Below, piece after piece: positions 36,201 through 49,040 of a stretch of 64,000 bases of DNA. This DNA comes from Gekko japonicus (taxonomy: Eukaryota): positions 1 to 64,000 of the forward strand of contig NW_015176464.1 of assembly GCF_001447785.1 (NCBI RefSeq), in the 5' to 3' direction. The notes under the pieces were generated by a model, which searched no databases, was not told where the DNA came from, and saw only the letters and a program-made list of their open reading frames with translations. Numbering within the stretch: position 1 is the first letter of the stretch; the number at the start of each line of letters is the position of its first letter. The position numbers and the translations under genes are program-made.

Positions 36201-39200
36201 GAGCTTAAAATACAATTCATGTATAAGAGCTGCTGCAAACAATTCATGATTTTTAAAAGCAACTAAAAAGTCCAGTTTTCATTTGAAGGTAGTCAAAACA
36301 GAGGGGGGGGGGGGTTTGGGGGAGTTTGAAAATTGGTGGGCGCATGGGGGAGCACCAGAAGGTAGCCTCGCCTAGTGTGCAAAAAAACCTGACACCAGCC
36401 CTGGGGACCACTCAGTCATACAATTCCCCCCCCATTCCTTCACTCTGACAGCCCTGGCAGATTTACCATCTCTCACTTAAAAGAGAGAATAGGAGGTTTT
36501 ATACCACTCAGTGGTTTTACCTTGCATTTACTCAAAGCAGGCCTGTCACCTCTGTTTCTCCAGCTCTACGCTCAGCTCCAGGGCTTTCCATACTATTGAC
36601 AGCTGAGACATGCATCGCACACTTAAAATGTTTCCTTTGAGGTTTCTAATACTAATCAGGCAAGAATTGAGGTTGCCAGCCTCCAGGAAGGGTCTGGAGT
36701 TCTCCAGGAGTTACTTCTGATTTCCAGACTAAAGAGATCAGTTCTTTTGGAAGAAATGGCCGTTTCTGAGGGCAGACTCTATGGCAACGCATTCCCACTG
36801 GGCTCCCTCTCCTCCCAGACACTGTTTCCAAATCTCCAGGAATTTCCCAGGCCGAGTTGGCAACCCTATGCTCCTCAGCACCTTAATATTCCTGTTTTAA
36901 TCTTATTTTATTGTTATTTGGGGGGTGAGTATTTTGTGTGTGGGTGTGTGTTCCTGGAATTCATGGTTGACTTCTGGTGACCCCTAGTGGGGCATGGACA
37001 TTTCAAAGCGGTGGCTGACTATTGCATGCCTCTGCATCCCAGCTCTGGTATTCCTTGGAGGTCTCCCTTCCAAGGACTTGCCAGGGTCTGCCATGCTTAG
37101 CTTCCAAGATCTGACGAGATCAGGCTATCCAGGTCAGGGCTATTGTTCTTATTTTTGTAAAACATGTTGGGGGTTATTTGAATTAAAAGGGGTGAACAAA
37201 AGTATTTTAAAAGTGTTTAAAGAAACCACCAATTTTAATTAATGTTAAAATAGTAACTTTTCTGACTATCCTTCTTCGTTGTACACAGGCAAACCCAGAG
37301 GTGTAACAGAGACACAACAGGCAATCTCCTTTAAGGAAATTAATTCTACTGCACTCAGAGTGGCTGAATAATCCAAAATCAAAACAGAACTGCCCACCCC
37401 AGAGTAATCTCACTGGAAAGATACGAGGTCATCACAGGAAGCCTCCTCTGTGGGTGGCTAATTTGGGTTCCTAAGAACCTTTCATTATTCATTTATTTAT
37501 CATAGGTTGCACTCTAGCTGTTCCTTCTCTTATGGTGTGGTAGTTTCCTACACAGAAGCCACCCTAATTTTTACAAAATCTCCATGATAAGATATCATAG
37601 CCAAGAAAATGTTCACGAGAAATAAGTGAATGTTAAGACATGCTGACAATGATGATGCTTTACACTGTATGAATGCTGTCTCCTTTTACTCTCTCAATTT
37701 GTGTTTCAACTAGACCACAAACCAGAGTATCAGCAATCCAAACTCTTTCACTAAAAGTTGGAACTGATTGTTGAGGCTGGGATCTTGGTGCAGGGAATTG
37801 CTAGCATTTTGTGCCACAAGATGGCAGCCTTTCCTTTCTAATTTCTTTGAAATATTTTCCCCTATTTATAGTTGAGAGGGGGTAAGACAAGTAAACCCTA
37901 ACCTGGATGGCCCAGGTTAGCCCAATCTCACCACAACTTGGGAGCTAGTTAGTAGTGGGATAGGAGACCACCAAGGAAGTCCAATGTCACCATGCAGAGG
38001 AAGGCAATAGCAAACCTCCTCTGTTAGTCCCTTGCCTTGAAAACCCTACAGGGTCACCATAAGTCAGCTGATTGTGACAACACTTGACACACAGAGAAGC
38101 TGAGTACAGGGGGTTTGGGTGGTTTTTTTACAAGATTTCCTATACCCTACTAATATGTTTTAAATTTACAAACTAATAGCACATACAGAATCTCTTTAGC
38201 AGCCAAAGAGTATCAGAGAAAAAGCGTTTTCTGTTGTTGAACTCTATTTGTGGGATTCTCTTCTGAGAGACCAGTGCTCGCTCATTCTTAAATGTGGTTG
38301 AAATCTGTCCTGCTCATTTGTGCTTTTGTAACTGATTTTTCATATTTCACCCCTACAACAACAGTTTTCATATGCATTTTGGTTTATTTTATGCTATAGA
38401 CTCCTGGGCAATTTTATCTGTTCCTTGAAAACCATGATTTGGCTGTTATGCATATTCTGAATCCGGCCAGGTTAGATAACTGCAGTGCAATTTAAGTGGG
38501 GTTGCCATTAAAAACAGTCTGGAAACTTCAGCTGGTTCAAAATGCAGAAGCCACACACTACTGTCAGGGGCAGCATACAAAGATTATATCCCCAACCCCA
38601 GATGCTAAAAGATCTGTATGCCAGCCTATGTATTATTGCCGGTGTGTGTAATGGTTAGAATGTTGGCCCAAATTCTGGAAACTCAGATTCATATCCCTAC
38701 TCTGCCACAGAAGCTTGCTGGGTGACCTTGGGCCAGCCACACATTCTCAGCCTAACCTACCTTACAGGGGTGTTGTAGGGATTAAGGTGGGGTATAAATG
38801 AAGTAAGTTAATAAAATTATTTCCAGGCAAAATTACTTGTAAGGTCCTAAACAGCCTGGGACTGGTTCTGTTGAAGAACCACCTCCTCCCATATTGTACA
38901 GCCCACAAAGTAAGATCTACCTTCCAAGCCCTGCTCTTTGCACCTCTATCGGCAGAGGTGAGGTGGGTGGTACTTAGAAACAGGGGTTTGTCATAGGTAG
39001 TGCCTCACCTTTGGAATCCTCTCCCTTTTGTGGTCTGCCTGGTGTCTAAAGGTAAAGGTAAAGGTTCCCTTGCTCGAAAGCCAGTCGAGTCCGACTCTAG
39101 GGTTGCGGTGCTCATCTCCGTTTCAAAGCCGAAGAGCCAATGCTGTCCGAAGATGTTTCCGTGGTCATGTGGCCAGCATAACTAAACACCAAGGCGCACA

Positions 39201-41277
39201 GAACGCTGTTACCTTCCCACTGAAGTGGTACTACCTATTTATCTACTTGCAATTTCTTGCTTTCGAACTGCTAGGTTGGCAGGAGCTGGAACTAGAGACG
39301 GGAGCTCACTCCGTCTTGCGGCACCCGGGTCTCGAACTGCTGAACTACTGACCTTCCACAGCCTGCAGTTCAGCGTCTTAACCACTTGAGCCCTACTGTT
39401 AATAGCAGGAGACCAAAACATTTCTTTACCCAGGCTTTTAAGAGAAGTTTTATCTCATCTTTTTCAGCTGGTTGTTTTATGACCTGTGTGCTACTTTTTA
39501 TTACTATTGTTGTTTTATAACTGCTTTTAAATGCTGGTTAAGCTGATTGTGTTCCTAAGTGTGAGTTTTATCATTTTATGGCTGGTTTTTATTAATGATT
39601 TTTAAACAATTTTATACTCTTATTTGATTTTACTTTTGTTTATTTATTTAGTTAGTTAGTTTATATCCCACCTTCCCTGCCGAGGCAGACTCAGTGCGGA
39701 TTACACAGAATGTATAAAACAACTAAAACAGAGAAATTAATAAAATCACAACAACATAATTATAAAACATGACATAGTATAAAGTGCTAGTGCGGTTCGT
39801 ATCACAATGGTGGGTATTAGCAGCATCCAACGGCATACAGTCAGCTAATGTCATAGTCTGGATTATATCAGGCTTTTAGTAATGATGTTGTAGAGGAAGC
39901 CCAGAAGTTCAAATGATCATCTATTGATTATTGCTGGGATTCCAGAGGGCCTTAGGAAAGAACTTTAGGGATTTTCCAGAAATAAGCTGGCAAATTGTTA
40001 ACCACTAAGCAGAATTGTAGAAACCGGTGTTTTATATTCAATTTAATTGGCAGAAGAGCAATTTCCTAATGAAAGCAGGTGTTCCAACATCAGTAGACAT
40101 TTTAATTAGGATGGTAAGGTTCGCCACAATAATGACCTGTCATAGTAGAGATTTATGTTCAAACTCTCTGCTTCAAAGAACTAGATTCAGAAGTTCACTA
40201 TGATCTTTTAAATAGCTTTAGCTATAAGGAAGAATCAAACTAAACTCTCCTTTCAGTTTAAAATGCTTTAAATATTGTTAGTGGAAATCTTAAAGCAATC
40301 TATAAGCAATGTACCTGCCTTTTAGCAGCTTATTATTCTAAGGCAAAAAAGACTGCTTGCTTGCTTAGAGAAATAGTTATGCATTTAATGAACTGAGCTG
40401 GTGATGCCCAGTGAAAGGAATTTTATAATTGGTTAAAGAAGATGTCAAGATGATTAATTGAGTTAAGTACAATTATACTTTCTGTAAAAAGATATTTAAG
40501 CCTGAAAACCCCTTTTCCTTATGTGTTTCTAGAAGTTAAAACAAAACTTTTATATTATGTTTATAGCTGAGGATTAAGGCTATGGTATAGCAAGGGAACC
40601 ATTAAATTTACTTTTTATAGAATGTCTGTGAGAGAAGTAGCTGAATATTTACTAAGACTATATTTTTAAATAAGAAACTTTGCTTAAGACTAGCAAACTG
40701 CTAACAAGCAAAAACCTTTCTTCCCAATGGGGACTCAAAGTGGCTTACATGGGTCTCCTCCATTTTATTCTCACAATAACCTTGTGAGGTAGGTTAGGCT
40801 GTGAGACTGTGGGGCTTAAGGTCACCCAGTGAGCTTCCATGGCATGAATGTGTGTGCCAAACCTGGGTCTCCCAGACACTAGTCTGACATTACTAACTAC
40901 ACCACACTGGCATTAGTGCTCACTATTTTTATATTCATCTTTTGTTGCACGCTGGAGCACTACCTAGGTAGCAATCTCCAGTTTCTGCCTCATAGAAAGG
41001 TAAAGAAAATTATATTTTTAGTAGAAATAACCCACAAAATGATATTAAGAGTGCTGTTATACACTTATATGCATGTATCAATATAAAGAAACCACTTTTG
41101 TAACAGAACCAATAGATTTTATACTGAAAATGAACTCAGCCACTCTGTGTGTAAAAGTTCATTCAAAGGTAAAGCAAGTCTGGGAGAATGACCAAAAGCT
41201 GCATTCATCATTTTTAATGAGATGAGCACCTGCATTGTAAAGTTGAAATGCAGCCAAGTAACATCTTGTTAGTCAAA

Positions 41278-41457
41278 TATTCCCTACAGGCAAGCGTGCT
41301 TTCCATTATTCCCTACAGGCAAGCGTGCTTTCCATTATTCTCTACGGGCAAGCGTGCTTTCCATTATTCCCCATGGGCAAGCGTGCTTTCCATTATTCCC
41401 CATGGGCAAGCGTGCTTTCCATTATTCCCCATGGGCAAGCGTGGTGTCCATTATTCC
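41278..41457 (+). repeat. 29-bp minisatellite, ~6 copies (TATTCCCCATGGGCAAGCGTGCTTTCCAT)
   Basis: Directly visible head-to-tail units without spacers. Confidence 0.9.
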
Positions 41458-41899
41458 GCTTGGACATCACACACCAGAGGTCATTCTGGCTCCCCCAGCT
41501 CTCGTTAGGTGGCGGCAATAACTTTTTAAAGAGCCCCTAATGAGAGCTGGGGGAGCTGGAATTACCTGTTGCGTGTGATGTCTGAGCAGCAACGCCGCTC
41601 AGACATCACATGCGAGGTGGAATTTGTCCCTAGGAGTCCAAGGCCACCACCCTGGGGCTCAGGGAGGCGGGAATGTTTCAAAAAAAACCCAGCTGTTGCC
41701 GCTGCCGGTGGCGGCGGGGCGGACATAACTTTTTAAATAGCCCCTAACTAGAGCTGGGAGAGCCGGAATGACCTCTGGGCAATATTGCCTATGGGCAATC
41801 ATGGATTCTCTATTGGCAATTATGTCCCTATTTTGTCTGCGTATGCTCACATCTGTTCAGACTTGGGTGCCAATTCTTTTGTTTTAATGTAAGAAAAGA

Positions 41900-42760
41900 C
41901 AGCCAACTAATTCCTTGCTCTTTCGTCGACTCCGCTAGAGACAGGCCAGCGAGCCTCACAGCACCTGAGGTGTTTCCATGACAACGACGTTGGTGCGGAG
42001 ACTGACTGACTGACATCCAGCGTCAGCGTCTGCCTAACGGCGACTTCTCGCAACATAGAATTGTTACCAAAGAGGTAACAACCTTAACATAATCCTCACA
42101 ACCCTTCCGGTTTCCAGTTGAAAAGACGCGACATCCAATGCAAAGAAACGTCAGTGTAGCGTAGGAAGGCGAGAAATAGAGCACGCTTCCCTCATCACAC
42201 ATATTCTATATCTGCGTATTATCGCCTTCCTTTCTGGCTTCTTCCTGTAATACCCCGCACAGGCAGTCCAGTACATACCGGAAGTTAATTTTGTGCACAA
42301 CGCGTGTTTTCCTCTAGCTCTGATGAGCGGTGTGTATCTGTAGTCTTAGTTTCCCCGCTTCCCCTCCCTCCCTGAAAAAATACGTAACGAGGGGAGGGTG
42401 CGGAGGGGCGGAGTTGTGGTCTTTCACCATAGAGATAGGAAAAGGAAGCGGATCTTGATCCTTTTCCCTGAGAGGGGAGTGGACGTCGCTGACTTTGGCA
42501 GGACTATTTGGGAGCGGCTCCTGCTGCTGCCGTCCGCCCCAGGTGAGTCTTTGGGAAGGAGGAGGAAGGGTCGCAGGTGGGTGGACGGGTATGTCTGTGC
42601 GGTAGGATCCTTCCGGGGGGGGGGGAGCCTCTTAAGATCCCCCAGCCCTGATTTCAGTAGATTTCTCTGAGGTTTCGTTTTCGGAGCCCCCTTTCGAATA
42701 AAAGCGGCCGCCCCTTCTTCTCGACTACGTAGGAGGAGGAAAGAAACCTTCTCCCAGCGG
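41900..42760 (+). promoter_or_regulatory. C1GALT1C1: CpG-island promoter and non-coding first exon of C1GALT1C1 (donor CAG|GTGAGT at 42542/42543)
   Basis: CpG-rich, ETS site ACCGGAAGT 42277-42285, GC box GGGGCGGAG near 42405, strong donor; coding exon downstream has an acceptor near 48072. Confidence 0.65.
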
Positions 42761-45700
42761 ACCCTAGCTGGAGTTTGCAGTACCAATTGTGATCCGACTG
42801 AGGCTCTACAAAGAATACATAATATTGGCGGCACGAAAGATGTTAACATTGGCCTTGTTAATATTGGCCATATCGATACAAAATTATGATAGTAGTAATG
42901 TTGTTTTATTTAAATGCTCCCTTCTACAAAATTTGCTTCCTGGAGGCGGTGTACAGCACAGTCAAATGACATCAAAAGCAAGCCCGAAGCCATGCTCCCT
43001 AAAACAACCTACACTGATATAAAAATGAAGCAGAAACAGGAAAAGGCTACAGCCACTAATGCAGCAAAAACAACAGCCGTTTAAATCAAAGAGCACCCAA
43101 GCCAAATGTATAATAATGATAACCGATGGAGGAAAGACTCAAGCAAATTCATTAAAAACAAGCTGGAATAAAAATAGAGAAGAATCTGACACTTAATGAT
43201 ATTGCCTGTGTCAATAATATCAGTATTGGTACTATTAGTTCTGACAATATTGGTATTCCACACATTTTTTAATTGCTGGCCATACGAAAAAGAAGCATCC
43301 AGTACAGAGTGGTGATGGGTACTCTGTTAAAATTAAAGGAGAGAAGATAGGGTGACTCTATGTATTCATGAACTTTATCAGGCTCAGTATTTATATAATG
43401 TTCTCAGTGCTTCATGTACATTATCTTGTATTCTTTACAACCATTGTTATTTTTATCTTCCTGTTCCAGAGAGGGAGGCTGAGACTGACAGAGAGTGGTT
43501 TGTAGACAGTGTGGCAGAGACAGGATTTGAACTGAAGTCTGAACTTTGGAGATTTGAACTCTGTCACAGCTGCTGCATTCTCTTAGCTGCTGCATTCCAC
43601 CAAAAAGTTTATGGGATAAAAAAAATACTGACAGGGGTCTGTTTTTGAAAACTTTTCCAAGTCCATATTATGACAACAGACTGGCAGCCTATGAAAGCCT
43701 TGCCCAAATCAACTTGTAAAACCTCTACAGTGCCACAACCATTTTGTGTGGCTGCTGCTAAACTACTATGTAGCCTGAATATAGAATATCTTTTATATGC
43801 AGTATCTCACTAATCCTTCACGGAATCCAGCACAGTAGGTCATTACTGTTATTCCCCTATTGCGCTGGGGTGGGTGTGGCTGGGCCAAGCACAGCTTCCT
43901 TGAGACCTCATAGTGAATTCATGACAAATGAATTACAAAGAGGGACCTTCTATTTGCCACTCACCCTTTTGGCTACTGAGCTGCACTCAAGTATGCATGC
44001 ATGTGTTTAGGTTTGAATCCCATCCTTCCCAAAAGCTGAGTATTACAAAATTGCCTGGCTGTTACATAAAATTTCACACAGTGGAACAAGGATTGGCTTC
44101 CCTTCTCCCACCTCACCAACATGAGACCCTTCTAACAGTGCTGCACTACATCAAACTGAAGTTCACTTAATATAACTGTGTCTTGCCCTTTTTTTCATGC
44201 CATATTCATACTCAAGCATATCATATATTCCAGGGAGGTATCCAGGGCTATTTTGGGGCAGGAACGCACAGGAACGGAGTTCTGTCTGGCTCCCGAGTTG
44301 GCCACACCCAGCAGGAACTCATTAGCATAATAGGCCACACCCAACAGCAGAAACTCATTAGGACTGGCTACATTAGGGGTGTGTGGCCTAACATGCAAAG
44401 GAGTTCCTGCTATAAAAAAGCCCTGGGTTTTGACAACAAACAAGGTAAACAGAATAAGAAGCAAAAGGTGAGTGTGTCTGGATGACCACACTTCTACGAA
44501 CATGGGGTGTGTGGCCTAATATGCTAATGAGCTGTGCTGTCAAGGGTGTGTCCTAATAAGCAAATGAATTTCTGCTGTTGGGTGTGGCCTATTATGCTAA
44601 TGAGTTCCTGCTGGGCTTTTTCTACAAAAAAAGCCCTGGAGGTATCCATGTTAGGCCAACACACTTCAAACACATGGCACCATAAAGATGAACTAACTTA
44701 TTGTGGTATCTGACATGGTGGGCTTTGGCTCAAGAAAATTTATCCCAGAATAAATTCATTCAGCCATTAAGGTGTCATGAGACTCTTTCCAAATGGTAAT
44801 AACTATAAGTGAATGGCAGAATTGATCAGTGTATTAATTAATATACGCTAGCCAAGCCAGAGCAGTGTATGGTTAGAGTGGGGCTGGATAGAGGCAAGCT
44901 CAGATTGCTGGTCACAGTGAAATTCACTGTGTGACCACCTTGGACCAGTTGCTCTCTCTCAGGGTAACCTACCTCATAGGGTTGTTGTGGGGATAAAATG
45001 GAGGAGGGGACAACCATGTACACTGCCTTGAATTAACTGAAGAAAGAACTAAATAAAAATTAACAAATAAATATTGTCAACTATGTGTGGTAGGCTAATA
45101 TGTTTGATCTGTTATGCTTCTGTAATGGTTGGTTTGCAGCGCCAACTGGGTTGTATTGGATATCTTAGTGTGTATTTTTGTAATCTACCCTGAGTTGTGA
45201 AAGGGCGAGTTATAAAACTTTTACTAAAAAACATGAAAAAGTTATTGTTAATGTGTGCCTTGGGTCACCTGACTGACATATTAGCTAACATGGCCAATAC
45301 ACTACCTAGTTCTTTCTTCTTCAGTGTGAATTCCTAAAGTAAACACTTAAGTGAAAGAGGGAGGTCATTCTCTGCCAGGCAAACTAAAAGTTAGCCTGGT
45401 GTTTTTCTTGTAGCTTAGAGCTGAATAGGTGTGCTAATTAATCCTCTTGATCATTTTATGTAAGAACTACTGGGCTGTTAAAAATTGTGCCCAGTACTTT
45501 CAATATGTGACGGCACAAGAAAAGATCACCCTGCCCATTTCTGATCATTCTGAAGGCCCGATATGTTAAACGGCATCCAAAACTTATAAAATGGATACAG
45601 AGAACCTTTTCTTCCGTGATACTGGATGGGGGCCCCTCTAAATGGGCACAACAGATAAAATGACACAACACATAACTAACTTGTGGAACTCACAGCCACA

Positions 45701-46494
45701 AGAATTAGCAATAGCCCCTAGTTCAGATATCTTTTAAATGGAGATTAGACAAATGTATGGAGGTTTGGTAAACAAAATGGCTATTAGCCAAAGGGACTTC
45801 TGAATAGCAGTTGCTGGTGGGCATCAGTGGGGCAAGGCTTTGCTTTTTTTGCCCTGATGGCAGGCATTCCAGGGTATCTGGTTGGCCAGTAAAGGAAACC
45901 GAATGCTGGAATAAATGGCTTAGTCTGATTGATGCGGGCTGCATAACTATCCAAATAAGTTGATGCGGGCTGCATAAATATCCAAATAAGTACAGAGGTG
46001 GGAAGTACGGCCCAATAAACAGAATCACCCTGCTTCATCTCTCTGTTTTCTAGGCTCTGTGTGGTAGATACTTCCAATATATACTTGTTCACAGATCATG
46101 TTCAACTGAGTAGTTAGTCCTGCATATTCATTTACATGTTTTCCTTCCACCCTCTCTCCAGATATTCAAGTTCCACCAATGTAATAACAAAGCTTTTGGG
46201 AATTAGCAGCAATTCCCTGCTGATGTCATAACAATACTGAGCATAGAAAAGGAGCCTTTTTAGAAGGTTCAAATCATTTTACTTGTGTTGTCCTGTTATT
46301 CCTTATATGTCTTGTTAATCCTTATAACAACAAGCCTGTTAGTTGTTAACCCAATACTGCTGATGAGCTGAGAGGTAAGAGGTTTCCCCTTGGCCACCAA
46401 CACCTGTGGCTGAAGTGAGTATCAATTATATTTTTAGAACCCAGTTCCCACATTAATATGCAGCCAATCTGCCTTTAAATAAACATGTTATTTT

Positions 46495-47080
46495 AAAGCA
46501 GGGTCACAGTTCTGGGACTTGTTAGTGGACTTTGTGTCACCCCTGTGCTTAAAGATCTGTACTAGTTACCCATCTGCTTCACAGTTCTGGTTCTTACATT
46601 TAAGGCTCTAAATGGCTTAGGGCCACTGTACCTGAAGGATTGCCTCCTCTCATACTATCCAGCCTGCCAGTTAAGATCTGCCTCTCAAAGCCTGCTGTCT
46701 CTAGTAACTAGAGGCAGGGGTCTGTCTACACACTCACTCCGGTCATCCCCTGCTTTGATTGCCTCTGCCATCTGAAGCGAGAAAGGGCCCTCTCCGGCAT
46801 GGCACCAAAACTTTGGAACTCCCTTCCCAGGGAGATTGGTCTGTCTCCCTCCATCAGTATCTTTTGCCAGCAGGTGAAGATTTTTTTGGTGCGTTTGTTT
46901 CATCTGGCATACCCCCAGTAACAGTTATTGGCCCTCCTTCTAGTGTTGTTCATGTGTTTTTAATTGAACTATTTTATAATTTTGACTGTATTTTGTTTAA
47001 ATGTTTTAATTTTTTTTTTATGTTCACTGCCCTGTGGAGCCTGATTGGGTAGAAAGGCAGCATAAAAATGTTTTCAATAA
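46495..47080 (+). mobile_element. L2 LINE 3' fragment (intronic)
   Basis: Degenerate L2 3' motifs (CTGTACTAGTTACCC...ACATTTAAGGCTCTAAATGG...CTTTGGAACTCCCTTCCC) and AATAAA tail. Confidence 0.6.
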
Positions 47081-48089
47081 ATAGTCTGTGAGGGCCCCTT
47101 GCCTATGGGATGCCCTCCCCCCTTCAGGCGCACCTGATGCCGACTACCAGGCCAAACACACATCTTTTCACCCAAGCTTTTAATTTGGGGTTTTATCTTA
47201 CCAGCTTTTGAATGGTCTGTTTCTCCTTTATGGATAGTGTTTATTCTGTTTATGTCCAACGGCTTGTTTATAATGTGTCATGACTCTGAAGAGGCAGCAT
47301 AGAAATATCCTAAATAAATAAATAACTTTTGACCTGGCACCCCATGGATCCATGATATGTAGCCAAGGCTGCAGTGCATTAAAAGCTGCCCAATGAACAC
47401 CTGTTTTAGAAAAAAAGACTCAGCTGAAGGCAGCAGTTATTCAGCTCCCCAGTTTCTCACGTCGGGAATATGGGACAACAGATTTACTTAAATGGCTTGG
47501 CTCATCTGTATCTAATAGTAATTAGAAGGCATTTTATAAGTTCTAACACCCAGTGTATAGCATTTCGGTACACAGAAATTAAACCGTTTAGCTCTGACTT
47601 GGCAGTTGTTACAATTGAACAGTATTTGCCAAGAAACACAAGTTGGTGAATCACTGAATTCATTGTTCTCCACTGGAATGTTTGTGAAGGGTAAATACAG
47701 TGTTTAATGCATGTAACAATGGTTTATAATAAGCAGCATACAGTAAGGTGCATGTGGCAACTTTTAAGTCTGACGAATTTTGATTCTAGCACAATCATCA
47801 TACAACCATGTTAACATCCACTTAAATACACTTGGCATAACTCAGGTGTATTGTTGAATTATCTCAGACAGTTAATATTTCTGCACGGTAAAAACAGTCC
47901 TGATTCTTGGTGTGCATGTTTATTCCTCATTATTGGTGGCAAAATATTAAGCAGCAGTACTTTTGAATTTCTGAAGCAAGATACAGCCAGTGACAAATGC
48001 AAACTAGGGTTACAGTTTTTACACTTGCTAACAAAATGCATATCTCCCCCCCCCCCCCCCATCTCATTGGCAGTTTTCTTCTGGAAGCC

Positions 48090-49040
48090 ATGATTTCTGA
48101 AAGTGGTGCGTTTGTGAAGGGTATGATGCTAGGAGGGGTCTTCTGTGTCCTGGTCACTCTTCTTGGACACATTAAGATGGACAGTAGCACTAAATCTCAT
48201 GAGCACCGCCACCTTCAGGCTCCCAAAAAGGAGGATGTTTTAAATCTTTCTGAAGATGAACGCCTGGGTCTTAGCCATAGCATCCGTGTCTACTGCATCA
48301 TCCTTGTCAAACCTAAAGACCTTAGCTACTGGGCAGCTGTGAGAGAGACTTGGAGCAAACACTGTGACAAGGCAGAATTCTACAGTTCTGAAAAGGTCAA
48401 AGTCTTTCACTCCATTGTGCTTGACACAGAGGACATGTGGCTAATGATGAGGAAAGCATATAAATTTGCCTATGAAAATTACAAGGATGACTACAACTGG
48501 TTCTTCCTGGCCCATCCCACCACGTTTGCCGTAATAGAAAACCTCAAATATTTTCTCCTGAAACAAGACTCATCCCAGCCATTTTACACCGGCCGTACAG
48601 AGACATCTGGAGACCTGCAGTATGTGAATGGTGATGGAGGAGTCGTCTTAAGTATTGAATCATTGAGGCGACTTCATAAAGTTTTTGAGGATCCAGACAA
48701 GTGTCCAGAACAGGGGGGCGTGATTTGGAAACTGTCTGCAGATAAACAGTTAGCTGTCTGCTTGAAGTACACTGGGGTGCACGCTGAAAACGCAGAAGAT
48801 TCTGAAAAAAAGGACATCTTCAACACTAAGTCAGTTGGTTCTCTAATTAAAGAGGCAATGTCAAGTCACCCCCAACAGGTGGTAGAAGGGTGTTGTTCAG
48901 ACATGGCCATCACGTTCAGTGGGTTGGCTCCTAACCATATGCACGTGATGATGTACGGAGTCTACAGGCTCCGAGCATATGGACACAGTTTTAATGATGC
49001 CTTGGTTTTCCTACCTCCCCCGGGCTCTGATAATGACTGA
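48090..49040 (+). CDS. C1GALT1C1: C1GALT1-specific chaperone 1 (COSMC), 316 aa, single coding exon
   Basis: [19 protein letters not shown]...[20 protein letters not shown]...[23 protein letters not shown]...[12 protein letters not shown]; synteny with MCTS1 and CUL4B. Confidence 0.97.
   Translation: MISESGAFVKGMMLGGVFCVLVTLLGHIKMDSSTKSHEHRHLQAPKKEDVLNLSEDERLGLSHSIRVYCIILVKPKDLSYWAAVRETWSKHCDKAEFYSSEKVKVFHSIVLDTEDMWLMMRKAYKFAYENYKDDYNWFFLAHPTTFAVIENLKYFLLKQDSSQPFYTGRTETSGDLQYVNGDGGVVLSIESLRRLHKVFEDPDKCPEQGGVIWKLSADKQLAVCLKYTGVHAENAEDSEKKDIFNTKSVGSLIKEAMSSHPQQVVEGCCSDMAITFSGLAPNHMHVMMYGVYRLRAYGHSFNDALVFLPPPGSDND

Larger units (their letters stand above)
27325..39526 (+). repeat. Tandem duplication, two near-identical ~6.1-kb units (27325-33420 and 33421-39526)
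   Basis: Identical ORF track at offset 6096, then 6106 after a 10-bp indel in a G-run near 36311. Confidence 0.98.

Noticed and set aside
41278-41457. CRISPR-like 29-bp repeats
   Set aside because: No spacers, no cas genes, vertebrate DNA
47997-48089. 31-aa N-terminal extension of COSMC in the ORF track
   Set aside because: Upstream ATG lies before the splice acceptor (~48072); the homologous start is MISES at 48090
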